Below the pieces are notes generated by a model. That model did no database searches. It was not told where the DNA came from and saw nothing but the letters and a program-made list of their open reading frames with translations. Both the position numbers and the translations under genes were made by a program. From an uncultured Erysipelotrichaceae bacterium (GTDB taxonomy: Bacteria; Bacillota_I; Bacilli_A; Erysipelotrichales; Erysipelotrichaceae): a stretch of DNA of 49,470 nucleotides. Location of the stretch: the NCBI GenBank assembly GCA_902787775.1, contig CADAHV010000002.1:1-49470 (forward strand), given 5' to 3'. Below, one piece after another: positions 8,683-16,779 of this stretch. Positions within the stretch are counted from its first letter, which is position 1; every line of letters starts with the position of its first letter.

Positions 8683-9490
8683 ACATGATGTTGAGATCTG
8701 TCGGCTCTTTGATGCCGGAGATCGTTCCCTGATTGGAGTATTGCCAGATGCGGATCGGATATTCCAGTTTCGGTGAATCGGTATCGTATTGGGCAAACCA
8801 GATCGGATAGGCAGCGATCTTATCCATCTCATAATAGGTATCGGCCCAATACTGGTAGGTATAGACCATGACCTCGTAACCGCTTTTCTTCATTTCTTCT
8901 AAGAAGGCGATGGTGTTGGCGGTGAGCTGAACCTTATCGATGCCGGTCAGCCGGCTTTCTTCATCTTCCAGAAAAACTTCTTCACAGTCATAGACGATCG
9001 GCAGATCGACTTTTTTATCTTTCAGATGTTCCTTGACCCACTCGGCTTCTTCTAACGCTTCTTTTTCATCTTTGGCCTGTGAGAAGAAATAGACACCGGT
9101 CAGGATACCGTTTTCCCTGGCACCGTTGTAGTTCTGCAGGAATTTCTCATCTTCATAGAGCAGGCCGGTCGTCGCCCCGCGTCTGCCGATGCGGATGTAG
9201 GCGAATTCAACGGAATCTTCCTTGACCTTTTTCCAGTCGATCTCATCCTGAAATTCCGAGACATCGATACCGAAACTGCTGGTGAAGTTCTCATCTTCGT
9301 AATAGTATTTGCCGGAAATGGATTCGATCTTTGAATAATCGATCTGGGGACCTTTTTCCTCGGCTGGTTCTACTGTAACCGGTTCTTCTTTGTTGTTTCT
9401 GATGAGCCCGCCGATGACGATCATCAGCGCAAAAACCAGAAACAGTACACCGATGACGATCTCCAGTTTTCGGATCCTGTTCTTCTTCAT
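8654..9490 (-). CDS. Membrane-anchored GH25 muramidase (lysozyme)
   Basis: MKKNRIRKLEIVIGVLFLVF TM anchor followed by GIDVSEFQDEIDWKKVK...FAYIRIG, the GH25 signature. The ORF-track extension to 10009 lies antisense to a GNAT gene and I discarded it. Confidence 0.85.
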   Translation of the reverse strand: MKKNRIRKLEIVIGVLFLVFALMIVIGGLIRNNKEEPVTVEPAEEKGPQIDYSKIESISGKYYYEDENFTSSFGIDVSEFQDEIDWKKVKEDSVEFAYIRIGRRGATTGLLYEDEKFLQNYNGARENGILTGVYFFSQAKDEKEALEEAEWVKEHLKDKKVDLPIVYDCEEVFLEDEESRLTGIDKVQLTANTIAFLEEMKKSGYEVMVYTYQYWADTYYEMDKIAAYPIWFAQYDTDSPKLEYPIRIWQYSNQGTISGIKEPTDLNIMFIQKNDQPE

Positions 9491-9514
9491 AAATAAATTA
9501 TATATTATAAGGAT

Positions 9515-10060
9515 ATGAAAGAGTTTGATGAAAACATCAGGATCGAAACGGATCATCTGCTGCTGCGTTTTCTTGAAGAAGGGGACGCAAAGGCCATCTT
9601 TGACAACATCAATCACGACAAAGAAGTTCTGAAATACTACGTCACCGATTACGTGGAGGACTTTGAGAATTTCAGCCTTGAAAAGATGATCGAGGCCTTC
9701 AGGCAGACAAGAAAATACATTCTGGCCATCGTGTTGAAGGAAAGCGGTGAAGTTATCGGCAATATCCTGCAGTGCAATGGCACAAACCGCTATATGAATA
9801 CGGTCGAAGTCGGTTATGCGATCGGAAAGAAATACTGGAATAAAGGCTATATGTCGGAAGCATTGAAAGCGATGATCGATCTGTTGTTTGAAAGCGGTGT
9901 TCATAAGGTGAATGCCTGCCATATTCCGGAGAATATCGCTTCGGGCAGAGTGATGGAAAAATGTGGCATGAAATATGAGGGAAGAAAGATCGATGATCTG
10001 TTCTATCACGGCCGCTATTGGGATACGCTCAATTATTACATTATCAATGAGGAAGTATGA
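9515..10060 (+). CDS. GNAT family N-acetyltransferase (RimJ/RimL-like)
   Basis: 181 aa. LLLRFLEEGDA at the N-terminus and GYAIGKKYWNKGYMSEALKAMI (acetyl-CoA binding motif A). Confidence 0.85.
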   Translation: MKEFDENIRIETDHLLLRFLEEGDAKAIFDNINHDKEVLKYYVTDYVEDFENFSLEKMIEAFRQTRKYILAIVLKESGEVIGNILQCNGTNRYMNTVEVGYAIGKKYWNKGYMSEALKAMIDLLFESGVHKVNACHIPENIASGRVMEKCGMKYEGRKIDDLFYHGRYWDTLNYYIINEEV

Positions 10061-10341
10061 ATATGGAACACTATCTGATTATCAAATTCAAGGAAAATGT
10101 CGATGCGCGAATAGAATTCCCGGAAATCCAGAAGCTTTTTGAAAAGGCAAAGGAAATCGATGGCGTCACAAGAGCTGATGTCTATCTGTCTTCTTTTCCG
10201 CTGAAGAACCGCTATGACATGATGATAAAGATCAAGATGAGAAAAGGCGCTTTGCCTTCTTTTGAAGAAAGTGCGATCAATAAGATCTGGGAAGAAAACT
10301 ATAAGGACAAGATCGAAATCGTGACGGTTTTCGACCGTTAG
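10057..10341 (+). CDS. Small Dabb-like (stress-responsive alpha/beta barrel) protein, tentative
   Basis: 94 aa. HYLIIKFKENV at the start and ...EIVTVFD at the end resemble the Dabb fold pattern. The start overlaps the GNAT stop (ATGA). Confidence 0.5.
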   Translation: MNMEHYLIIKFKENVDARIEFPEIQKLFEKAKEIDGVTRADVYLSSFPLKNRYDMMIKIKMRKGALPSFEESAINKIWEENYKDKIEIVTVFDR

Positions 10342-10346
10342 GGTAT

Positions 10347-10367
10347 AAAAAAACCGCTTACTAGCGG
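10347..10367 (-). terminator. Intrinsic terminator of the four-tRNA operon
   Basis: On the minus strand, CCGCT-AGTA-AGCGG is followed by T7 (A-run at 10347-10353 on the plus strand). Confidence 0.55.
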
Positions 10368-10386
10368 GGATCTATTAACAAGCTGA

Positions 10387-10460
10387 TGGAGCAGGTGATG
10401 GGAATCGAACCCACGTAGTCAGCTTGGAAGGCTGAAGTTCTACCATTGAACTACACCTGC
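10387..10460 (-). tRNA. tRNA-Gly (anticodon UCC)
   Basis: The reverse complement GCAGGTGTAGTTCAATGGTAGAAC..CTTCCAA..GGTTCGATTCCC..CACCTGCTCCA folds as a cloverleaf. Encoded CCA. Confidence 0.9.
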
Positions 10461-10466
10461 AGTCAG

Positions 10467-10542
10467 TGGTGACTCGACCGGGAATCGAACCCGGGACCCT
10501 CTGATTAAAAGTCAGATGCTCTACCGCCTGAGCTACCGAGTC
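10467..10542 (-). tRNA. tRNA-Lys (anticodon UUU)
   Basis: The reverse complement GACTCGGTAGCTCAGGCGGTAGAGC..CTTTTAA..GGTTCGATTCCCGG..GAGTCACCA folds as a cloverleaf. Confidence 0.9.
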
Positions 10543-10549
10543 ATGATCT

Positions 10550-10625
10550 TGGCTGGGATGGCTGGGATCGAACCAGCGAAATGACAGAGTCAAAGTCTGT
10601 TGCCTTACCACTTGGCTACATCCCA
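10550..10625 (-). tRNA. tRNA-Gln (anticodon UUG)
   Basis: The reverse complement is TGGGATGTAGCCAAGTGGTAAGGC..CTTTGAC..GGTTCGATCCC..CATCCCAGCCA. It has the U1-A72 pair and G73 typical of tRNA-Gln. Confidence 0.9.
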
Positions 10626-10628
10626 AAG

Positions 10629-10713
10629 TGGTGGAGAGGGGCAGATTCGAACTGTCGAACTCGTAGAGAGCTGATTTACAGTCAGCCGCGTTTAGCCACT
10701 TCGCTACCTCTCC
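10629..10713 (-). tRNA. tRNA-Tyr (anticodon GUA), with a long variable arm
   Basis: The reverse complement is GGAGAGGTAGCGAAGTGGCTAAACGC..CTGTAAA..long arm..GTTCGAATC..CCTCTCCACCA. Confidence 0.9.
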
Positions 10714-10756
10714 ACAGGCTAATAACTACGTTCACCCAACTTGTGAACGCTTAAAA

Positions 10757-10785
10757 ATAATAACATAAAAAACGGGTTTATGCAA
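10757..10785 (-). promoter_or_regulatory. Candidate promoter of the tRNA operon (TTGCAT, 17-nt spacer, TATTAT on the minus strand)
   Basis: The rc of 10780-10785 is TTGCAT and the rc of 10757-10762 is TATTAT. This lies about 40 nt upstream of the tRNA-Tyr 5' end. Confidence 0.45.
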
Positions 10786-10812
10786 TAGCTCTTAAAAAAA
10801 GAGAATCAGGCT

Positions 10813-10837
10813 GAAAAAAGAGACTGGAAACAGTCTC
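10813..10837 (-). terminator. Intrinsic terminator of rpiB
   Basis: GAGACTG (10820-10826) pairs with CAGTCTC (10831-10837) around loop GAAA, with T6 on the minus strand. The stem overlaps the rpiB stop. Confidence 0.65.
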
Positions 10838-11276
10838 ATTCTTCGATCTCGTGGATCTGAGCGATGCGCCTCTTGTGTCTTTCACCATTGGAGAAAGGAG
10901 TAGTTAAGAAGGTATCGACGATGTCATTGGCCAGTTCGGTGGAAACGATTCTGGCGCCGAAACAGATGATGTTGGCATCGTTGTGTTCTCTGGTCAGTCT
11001 GGCGGAAGTTGCTTCCGAACAGCAGCAGGCTCTGATGCCTTTGTGCTTGTTGCAGGCGATGGAGATGCCGACGCCTGTGCCGCAGATGGCAATGCCCAGG
11101 TCGACTTCCTTGTTCTGGATGGCCTTGGCCAATACCGATCCGGCCAGCGGATAATCATAGGATTCGGTCGAATCTGTACCATAATTGACGACTTCGTATC
11201 CTTTTTCTTTCAGGTGGGACATGACGCTGTTTTTCAATTCAACAGCTGAATGATCATTGGAAATTCCGACTTTCAT
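10836..11276 (-). CDS. rpiB: Ribose-5-phosphate isomerase B (RpiB/LacAB family)
   Basis: 146 aa. MKVGISNDHSAVELK, GIAICGTGVGISIACNK and RLTREHNDANIICFGAR are typical RpiB motifs. Confidence 0.9.
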   Translation of the reverse strand: MKVGISNDHSAVELKNSVMSHLKEKGYEVVNYGTDSTESYDYPLAGSVLAKAIQNKEVDLGIAICGTGVGISIACNKHKGIRACCCSEATSARLTREHNDANIICFGARIVSTELANDIVDTFLTTPFSNGERHKRRIAQIHEIEE

Positions 11277-11312
11277 AGACTTTTAACCTCAAATCAATAA
11301 TAACATAATTAA

Positions 11313-11321
11313 TGCTATAAT
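11313..11321 (+). promoter_or_regulatory. Extended -10 promoter element (TGcTATAAT) immediately upstream of scpA
   Basis: TG at 11313-11314 and TATAAT at 11316-11321. The ATG at 11329 lies 7 nt downstream with no SD, so the transcript may be leaderless. Confidence 0.5.
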
Positions 11322-11328
11322 GATGTGT

Positions 11329-12060
11329 ATGGGTTTTGAAGTTGAAACACTTAAATTTGAAGGACCGCTCGATCTGATGCTGCATCTGATCCACGAACAG
11401 CAGCTGGATATTTTTGATCTGGATATGGCGGTATTGACCGAGCAGTATATTGAATATCTCCATGCGATGGAAGAACTTCATCTGGAAGTGGAAAGCGAAT
11501 ATCTTGTCGAGCTGGCAACGCTGATCGAATATAAATCGAAGAAGCTTTTGCCGAAAAAAGCGGATGAGGAAGAGGAAGATCTGGAAGATCCGAAAGACAA
11601 ACTGGTCAGAAGACTTCTGGAATATCAGAAATACAAGGAAGTATCCCACATCCTCTATGATTCTTTTGTGGAGAGACAGGATCAGCTGTCCAAGCCGGTC
11701 TCCTTTGAAGAGGTCGTGAAACTCAGCAGTGACAGCGATCAGAAGGTGGAAGGGGATCCGTACGATCTTCTCAAGGCCATGAACAAGGTCCTTCGCCGTT
11801 TGCAGCTTTCCAGACCGCTGGATATCAAGTTCACCCAGAAGGAACTCTCGACGGAAGACAGGATCTTACAGATCAAGTCCCGTCTGAAGGATCTGCCGGA
11901 AACTTTCAACTTTGAAACACTGATCGAAGACTGTGACAACATTCACGAATATGTGATCACTTTTATTGCCATCTTAGATATGGCGAAGGATCACTATCTG
12001 ACCTTCAGCGTCGATGAAAACGAGAACATATGGTTCAGCAGAGGTAGCAACAATGAATGA
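11329..12060 (+). CDS. scpA: Segregation and condensation protein A (kleisin)
   Basis: MGFEVETLKFEGPLDLMLHLI is the conserved ScpA N-terminus. In-frame ATGs at 11320 and 11323 overlap the -10 box. The scpA stop overlaps the scpB start. Confidence 0.88.
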   Translation: MGFEVETLKFEGPLDLMLHLIHEQQLDIFDLDMAVLTEQYIEYLHAMEELHLEVESEYLVELATLIEYKSKKLLPKKADEEEEDLEDPKDKLVRRLLEYQKYKEVSHILYDSFVERQDQLSKPVSFEEVVKLSSDSDQKVEGDPYDLLKAMNKVLRRLQLSRPLDIKFTQKELSTEDRILQIKSRLKDLPETFNFETLIEDCDNIHEYVITFIAILDMAKDHYLTFSVDENENIWFSRGSNNE

Positions 12061-12817
12061 AGAAAAGACAGTAGTGGAAACACAAGAAGAAATAGATGAG
12101 CTTGAAACTGCCGCAATGGAAACAGCAGAGGAAGAAAGCACGGAAGAACTTCCTGAAAGCGATGATGCAGCTGAAAACGGCGCGGCCGAAGAAGGTCAGG
12201 AAGAAGGCAGTGAAGAAGAGATCGACCAGCCGGAAGAAAAGGATGAGTTCCAGCATGGCGAGAATGTGCGCCAGCCGGACAACCCGGAGGCGATCGTTGA
12301 AGGCCTTCTGTATATCGTCGGTGAAGACGGGGTTAAGATCGAACAGCTTGCCATAGCGATCGACAAGTCCCTTGAAGATACCCGCATCATTCTGGAAAAC
12401 ATCCAGGCCAAATATGCCAGCGAACTGTTTGGCATCGAACTGGTCTGCTATGGCTCGGTCTATAAATTCATCACCAAAAAGGATGTCTACCCTTATGCCC
12501 AGGAACTGTTCGGCGCTTCCAAGCAAAGCACCCTATCGCAGGCTGCCCTGGAGACATTGGCGATCATCGCCTACAAGCAGCCGATCACCAGAGTGGAGAT
12601 CGAGGAGCTGCGCGGTGTCAGTGCCGATGTGATGTTAAGAAAACTGCAGGCCCGCAATCTGATCCGGGAGGCCGGACGTTCGGAAGCGGTCGGCAGACCG
12701 ATCTTATACGAGGTCACCGAGGAATTCATGGATTCCTTCAAACTGTACACCCTCAACGAACTGCCGGATCTGCCTGAATATAATAAGGAAGACGAAAGCG
12801 AAAATCTGTTTGAATGA
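12053..12817 (+). CDS. scpB: Segregation and condensation protein B with an acidic N-terminal extension of about 78 aa
   Basis: The core (EAIVEGLLYIVGEDGV...LSQAALETLAIIAYKQPITRVEIEELRGV...GRPILY) is the ScpB winged-helix pair. ATG 12053 overlaps the scpA stop (ATGAATGA). Confidence 0.88.
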   Translation: MNEEKTVVETQEEIDELETAAMETAEEESTEELPESDDAAENGAAEEGQEEGSEEEIDQPEEKDEFQHGENVRQPDNPEAIVEGLLYIVGEDGVKIEQLAIAIDKSLEDTRIILENIQAKYASELFGIELVCYGSVYKFITKKDVYPYAQELFGASKQSTLSQAALETLAIIAYKQPITRVEIEELRGVSADVMLRKLQARNLIREAGRSEAVGRPILYEVTEEFMDSFKLYTLNELPDLPEYNKEDESENLFE

Positions 12818-12842
12818 AAAGGAACTAATGAAGTTCTTTTTT
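12817..12842. terminator. Hairpin with T-run at the convergent junction of scpB (+) and the DUF523 gene (-)
   Basis: AAAAGGAACT (12817-12826) pairs with AGTTCTTTTT (12832-12841), including one G-U pair, around loop AATGA. Confidence 0.45.
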
Positions 12843-13259
12843 CAATTGATCGATTTCTTCTTCAGTGAATGCTTTCATGCCTTTTGTAAGACACAGGGAG
12901 GCAAAGATCCCGTATCCTTCGATCAGTGTGGAAGTGAAGGTTCCGTCATAGATCTTTCCCTTGCCGCAGGTCGGGGATTTCTGTTTGAGTATGACAAAGT
13001 CGCAGTCTTTGATCCGCTCATAGACTCTGGAAGAAGTCTTCTGTAACAGATCATTCAGATCCTCGCCTTTTGAGGTGACTGCTTTGCCGTCTTTCAATTC
13101 GATCGGATCATGCGGCAGCGGCAGTCCTGCTTCAAATTCCGGACAAAACAGAAGGATCTCGTGTCCTTCTAAAAGATCAAGTATTTCCTGATTTTTCTTG
13201 TTTCCGCCGTCGTATCTTACGTTTTTGCCGTAAAGGCAGGCGGAGAGGGCAATTTTCAT
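12825..13259 (-). CDS. DUF523 (YbbK / 2-thiouracil desulfurase-like) family protein
   Basis: MKIALSACLYGKNVRYDGG... and ILKQKSPTCG are family hallmarks. The ORF-track extension to 13406 overlaps the mrp gene and I discarded it. Confidence 0.75.
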   Translation of the reverse strand: MKIALSACLYGKNVRYDGGNKKNQEILDLLEGHEILLFCPEFEAGLPLPHDPIELKDGKAVTSKGEDLNDLLQKTSSRVYERIKDCDFVILKQKSPTCGKGKIYDGTFTSTLIEGYGIFASLCLTKGMKAFTEEEIDQLKKELH

Positions 13260-13307
13260 ATTTTCAGTATATCGTATGTTATCATATTTGATGGAGGTAA
13301 TAGTTAT

Positions 13308-14123
13308 ATGTCTGAATGCACTCATGACTGCAGCAGCTGCGGCCAGGACTGCGCTTCCAGAGCACAGGAACCTGTTGTACCTACTGCAGATACAAAAATA
13401 AAGCACATCATCGGTGTTCTTTCCGGCAAGGGCGGTGTTGGCAAGTCCATGGTCTCATCTTTGCTGGCAGTTGAACTGGCACAGCAGGGCTACAATGTCG
13501 GTATCATGGATGCCGATATTACCGGCCCGAGCATTCCTAAGATGTTTGGTCTTCACCAGCAGCTTTACGGTGATGAAGCCGGTATCTTCCCGGCTGTCTC
13601 AACTCTGGGCATCAAGGTCGTTTCCATCAATATGATGCTGGAAAACGAAGATGATGCCGTCTTATGGAGAGGTCCGATCCTGGGCGGTCTGATCAAGCAG
13701 TTCTACACCGAAGTCCATTGGGGAGAACTGGATTATTTACTGATCGATATGCCTCCTGGAACATCTGATATCGCAATTTCGGTCATCCAGCAGATCCCGG
13801 TCGATCAGTTTGTCATGGTTACCACACCTTCGAAACTGGTTTCGATGGTTGTCGGCAAGGCGATCAATATGGCAAAGCAGGTCAACAAACCGATCGTCGG
13901 CTTAGTTGAAAACATGGCCTATGTCAAATGTGATGCCTGCGGCCACGAGATCAGCATCTATGCCAATGACGAAACGGCTGCCACGGCAGAAAAGTACGGC
14001 CTGGAAGTTGTTGCGAAACTGCCGCTTGATCCGGAGCTGGCCAATGATGCCGATGAAGGAAACATCGAAGGCTACAACGGTGACATCTTGAAGACACTTG
14101 TTGAAAAATTAAGTAAGGCTTAG
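13308..14123 (+). CDS. Mrp/NBP35 family ATP-binding iron-sulfur cluster carrier
   Basis: Deviant Walker A GVLSGKGGVGKS, a CDACGH (CxxC) motif, and an N-terminal Cys cluster CTHDCSSCGQDC. Confidence 0.9.
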   Translation: MSECTHDCSSCGQDCASRAQEPVVPTADTKIKHIIGVLSGKGGVGKSMVSSLLAVELAQQGYNVGIMDADITGPSIPKMFGLHQQLYGDEAGIFPAVSTLGIKVVSINMMLENEDDAVLWRGPILGGLIKQFYTEVHWGELDYLLIDMPPGTSDIAISVIQQIPVDQFVMVTTPSKLVSMVVGKAINMAKQVNKPIVGLVENMAYVKCDACGHEISIYANDETAATAEKYGLEVVAKLPLDPELANDADEGNIEGYNGDILKTLVEKLSKA

Positions 14124-14135
14124 GCCTTACTTTTT
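14113..14135 (+). terminator. Intrinsic terminator of the mrp gene
   Basis: GTAAGGC (14113-14119) pairs with GCCTTAC (14124-14130) and is followed by T5. The stop codon lies in the loop. Confidence 0.6.
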
Positions 14136-14140
14136 AATAC

Positions 14141-14176
14141 AAAAATAAAGCACTGTCGACCGACAGTGCTTTTGTT
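14141..14176. terminator. Bidirectional terminator between mrp (+) and tRNA-Trp (-)
   Basis: AGCACTGTCG (14149-14158) pairs with CGACAGTGCT (14161-14170). It is flanked by an A-run upstream and TTTGTT downstream. Confidence 0.7.
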
Positions 14177-14181
14177 TCTGA

Positions 14182-14255
14182 TGGCAGGGGAGGTAGGGGT
14201 TGAACCCACACCAACGGTTTTGGAGACCGGTATACTACCGCTATACTACTCCCCT
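14182..14255 (-). tRNA. tRNA-Trp (anticodon CCA)
   Basis: The reverse complement is AGGGGAGTAGTATAGCGGTAGTATAC..CTCCAAA..GGTTCAACCCC..CTCCCCTGCCA. Confidence 0.9.
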
Positions 14256-14312
14256 ATGCGCTTATTTATTTTATCTTAAAGCGTTTTATTTCGCAAGGTA
14301 TATAATTAAGTT

Positions 14313-14843
14313 GTGGATGGTTTTTCTTTGAAGAGGGTCACGGCTGAATTTTACGATTCGATCGCCTCATACAGAAGGGAAATGATCGAGAGCAAAAGCA
14401 GCTTTGATGGGACCTCAAATCTGGACAAATATAATGATATAGAAAAATGGCATCTGAATGTCCTGCTTTTTGAACGGCCGGAAACTTTGCCGCCCGGTTA
14501 TTCTCTGGCATTTGAATACGTCTTTTTGCATGACAACGAGGTCGTCGGCATGGTCAATATCCGGCCGGACGCCATGAATCATCCTTACCTGAAACGTTTT
14601 GGCGGACACATCGGTTACAGTGTCCGTCCTTCCAGAAGGATGACAGGAATCGGTACTCTGATGTTAAAATATGTATTGGAAGTCTGCAAAAACGAATTCC
14701 ACATGGAGAAAGTCATGATCACCTGTCTTGAAGACAACGAGGGTTCAAGGCGGATCATCATGAACAACGGCGGTGTCTTTGAAAACAAGATCCTCTATCC
14801 GCCAGAAGATAAGATGATAGAAAGGTATTGGGTCACACTATGA
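14313..14843 (+). CDS. GNAT family N-acetyltransferase
   Basis: 176 aa. GHIGYSVRPSRRMTGIGTLMLKYVL is acetyl-CoA motif A. The start is uncertain: GTG at 14313 or TTG at 14328. Confidence 0.75.
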   Translation: MDGFSLKRVTAEFYDSIASYRREMIESKSSFDGTSNLDKYNDIEKWHLNVLLFERPETLPPGYSLAFEYVFLHDNEVVGMVNIRPDAMNHPYLKRFGGHIGYSVRPSRRMTGIGTLMLKYVLEVCKNEFHMEKVMITCLEDNEGSRRIIMNNGGVFENKILYPPEDKMIERYWVTL

Positions 14844-15997
14844 AGATCGGTGAATTTTCGGACTCTTTTCTGCCCATTATTGATGGTGTAGGCAGGGTCG
14901 TTTATAACTATTGCGATACGATCGCCAGAAAAGGCCACGAATGTACAGCCATCGTTCCGATGGATAATTTCGGCTATCGTGGCGGTCTTCCTTTTGAAAT
15001 CATAGACTACTATTCCCGCAGCGTTCCGCTCATGAGCAAGTACGATGCCGGACTTCCGAAGATCGATTTACATTACAACAACCGTCTGAAGATGACGGAT
15101 TTCGATATCGTCCATGTTCATACGCCTTTTATTGCCGGAAGCGAGGGTGTGCATTACGCCAGGGATCATAAGATCCCGCTTGTCGGCACTTTCCATTCCA
15201 AGTATTACGATGATTTTCTGCAGCTCACCGGCTCGAGACATATTGCCGGTCTGGGAACGGACATCATCGTCAAGTTCTATGAACAGTGCGATGAGGTCTG
15301 GGCCGTTTCCGAAAGCTCGGCCAAGACACTGAAGGAGTACGGCTACAGCGGGAAAGTGGAGGTCATGCCCAACGGCATGATGATCCGGGAACTGAATCTG
15401 GAATGGATGGACAGCGCAAAGGCACATTTCGGCATTGATGATGATCCGTGTCTTCTTTTCGTCGGTCAGATGAACTGGAAGAAGAATATTCTCAAAATTC
15501 TGGAAGCCTGTTCGATCCTAAAAAAGGAAGGCATCGCTTTCAATCTGATCATGGCCGGCAAGGGTCCGCATGAAGATGAGATCAAAGACAAGGTGAAGAA
15601 ACTGGGGATTGAAGAAGACACCTATATCGTCGGTCATGTTTTGAGGGAAGATCTGCTGAATGGCTTGTATATGCTGGCGGACCTCTTTGTTTTCCCGTCG
15701 ATCTACGACAACGGTCCGATGGTCGTCAGGGAAGCGGCGAATGCGGGAACTCCTTCGATCGTCGTAAGAGGCTCTTCGGCAGCGGAAGGCATCGACGATA
15801 TGGTGAATGGCTTTTATTGCGAAGACGATTCCGCAAGTATTGCACAGGTCATCAAAAAGGCCTTTGCCGATCGGGAAAAGACGGCAATGATCGGCCTGGA
15901 GGCAAAGGAGACGATTCCGGTTGCCTGGGATGATCTGATCGATACGGTCATCGACCGTTACCAGTATCTCATTGATAAACGCAAAGGGCTCCTGTAG
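14840..15997 (+). CDS. GT4-family glycosyltransferase, possibly a glycolipid (diacylglycerol glycosyl) synthase
   Basis: MKIGEFSDSFLPIIDGVGRVV at the N-terminus and the C-terminal motif FVFPSIYDNGPMVVREAANAGTPSIV (EX7E-type region). The start overlaps the preceding stop (ATGA). Confidence 0.85.
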   Translation: MKIGEFSDSFLPIIDGVGRVVYNYCDTIARKGHECTAIVPMDNFGYRGGLPFEIIDYYSRSVPLMSKYDAGLPKIDLHYNNRLKMTDFDIVHVHTPFIAGSEGVHYARDHKIPLVGTFHSKYYDDFLQLTGSRHIAGLGTDIIVKFYEQCDEVWAVSESSAKTLKEYGYSGKVEVMPNGMMIRELNLEWMDSAKAHFGIDDDPCLLFVGQMNWKKNILKILEACSILKKEGIAFNLIMAGKGPHEDEIKDKVKKLGIEEDTYIVGHVLREDLLNGLYMLADLFVFPSIYDNGPMVVREAANAGTPSIVVRGSSAAEGIDDMVNGFYCEDDSASIAQVIKKAFADREKTAMIGLEAKETIPVAWDDLIDTVIDRYQYLIDKRKGLL

Positions 15998-16008
15998 GGA
16001 GCTTTTTT
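15984..16008 (+). terminator. Weak intrinsic terminator after the GT4 gene
   Basis: GCTCC (15988-15992) pairs with GGAGC (15998-16002), followed by T6. Confidence 0.45.
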
Positions 16009-16059
16009 GATATGTTATAATTTGAATAACAGAATATTAATATAATAGGAGGAAATTTC

Positions 16060-16779
16060 ATGGCAACACCACATAATGCGGCCAGTGCCGGTCAGATCGC
16101 CAAGACAGTTCTTATGCCGGGTGATCCTTTGAGAGCGAAATTTATTGCGGAGACTTTTTTGGAGAATCCGGTCGAGTTCAACTCGGTAAGAAACATGCTG
16201 GGTTATACCGGCACCTATAAAGGAAAGAGAGTTTCCGTCATGGGTTCCGGAATGGGCATCCCTTCCATCAGCTTGTATGCGCACGAGCTTTATGCCTTCT
16301 ATGGCGTCGAGAACATCGTTCGTATCGGTTCCACCGGTACATACAAGGAAGACATCGATGTCTTTGAGACGATCATTGCCACCGGTTCCTTTTCCGAGTC
16401 ATCTTACGCCAAATGCATGTGCGGCGATGAAAACAGTTTCCAATATCCGGATGCCGGACTCAATGAGAATCTGAAGAAAGCGGCAGAAAAGCTGGGCATC
16501 AGCTGCCGTGAGGGCCTGATCTGGTCATCGGATGTCTTCTACTATGATGAAAAGATGCTGCCGGGTGCTTTGCAGACGGCTATCGACAACAACCTCATCG
16601 CTGCCGAAATGGAATCGTTCGGCCTGTTTGCGACCGCAAAGAATCTGGGCAAAAAGGCTGCCTGCATTCTGACGGTTTCCGACAACATCATCACGCATGT
16701 TGAGACGACAGCAGAAGAGAGACAGTCCAAGCTGGTCGACATGATCAAGATCGCTCTGGAGGCTGTCGAGGCAGAATAA
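16060..16779 (+). CDS. deoD: Purine nucleoside phosphorylase, DeoD type
   Basis: MATPHNAA...VLMPGDPLRAKFIAETFLE...GYTGTYKGKRVSVMGSGMGIPS is near-canonical DeoD. Confidence 0.92.
   Translation: MATPHNAASAGQIAKTVLMPGDPLRAKFIAETFLENPVEFNSVRNMLGYTGTYKGKRVSVMGSGMGIPSISLYAHELYAFYGVENIVRIGSTGTYKEDIDVFETIIATGSFSESSYAKCMCGDENSFQYPDAGLNENLKKAAEKLGISCREGLIWSSDVFYYDEKMLPGALQTAIDNNLIAAEMESFGLFATAKNLGKKAACILTVSDNIITHVETTAEERQSKLVDMIKIALEAVEAE

Noticed and set aside
9491-10009. N-terminal 170-aa extension of the GH25 ORF
   Set aside because: It is antisense to the GNAT gene. The GH25 protein has a natural start (MKKNRIRKL, then a TM anchor) at 9490.
10375-10626. 83-aa ORF on the minus strand
   Set aside because: It is the translation of three tRNA genes (Gly, Lys, Gln), so it is an artefact.
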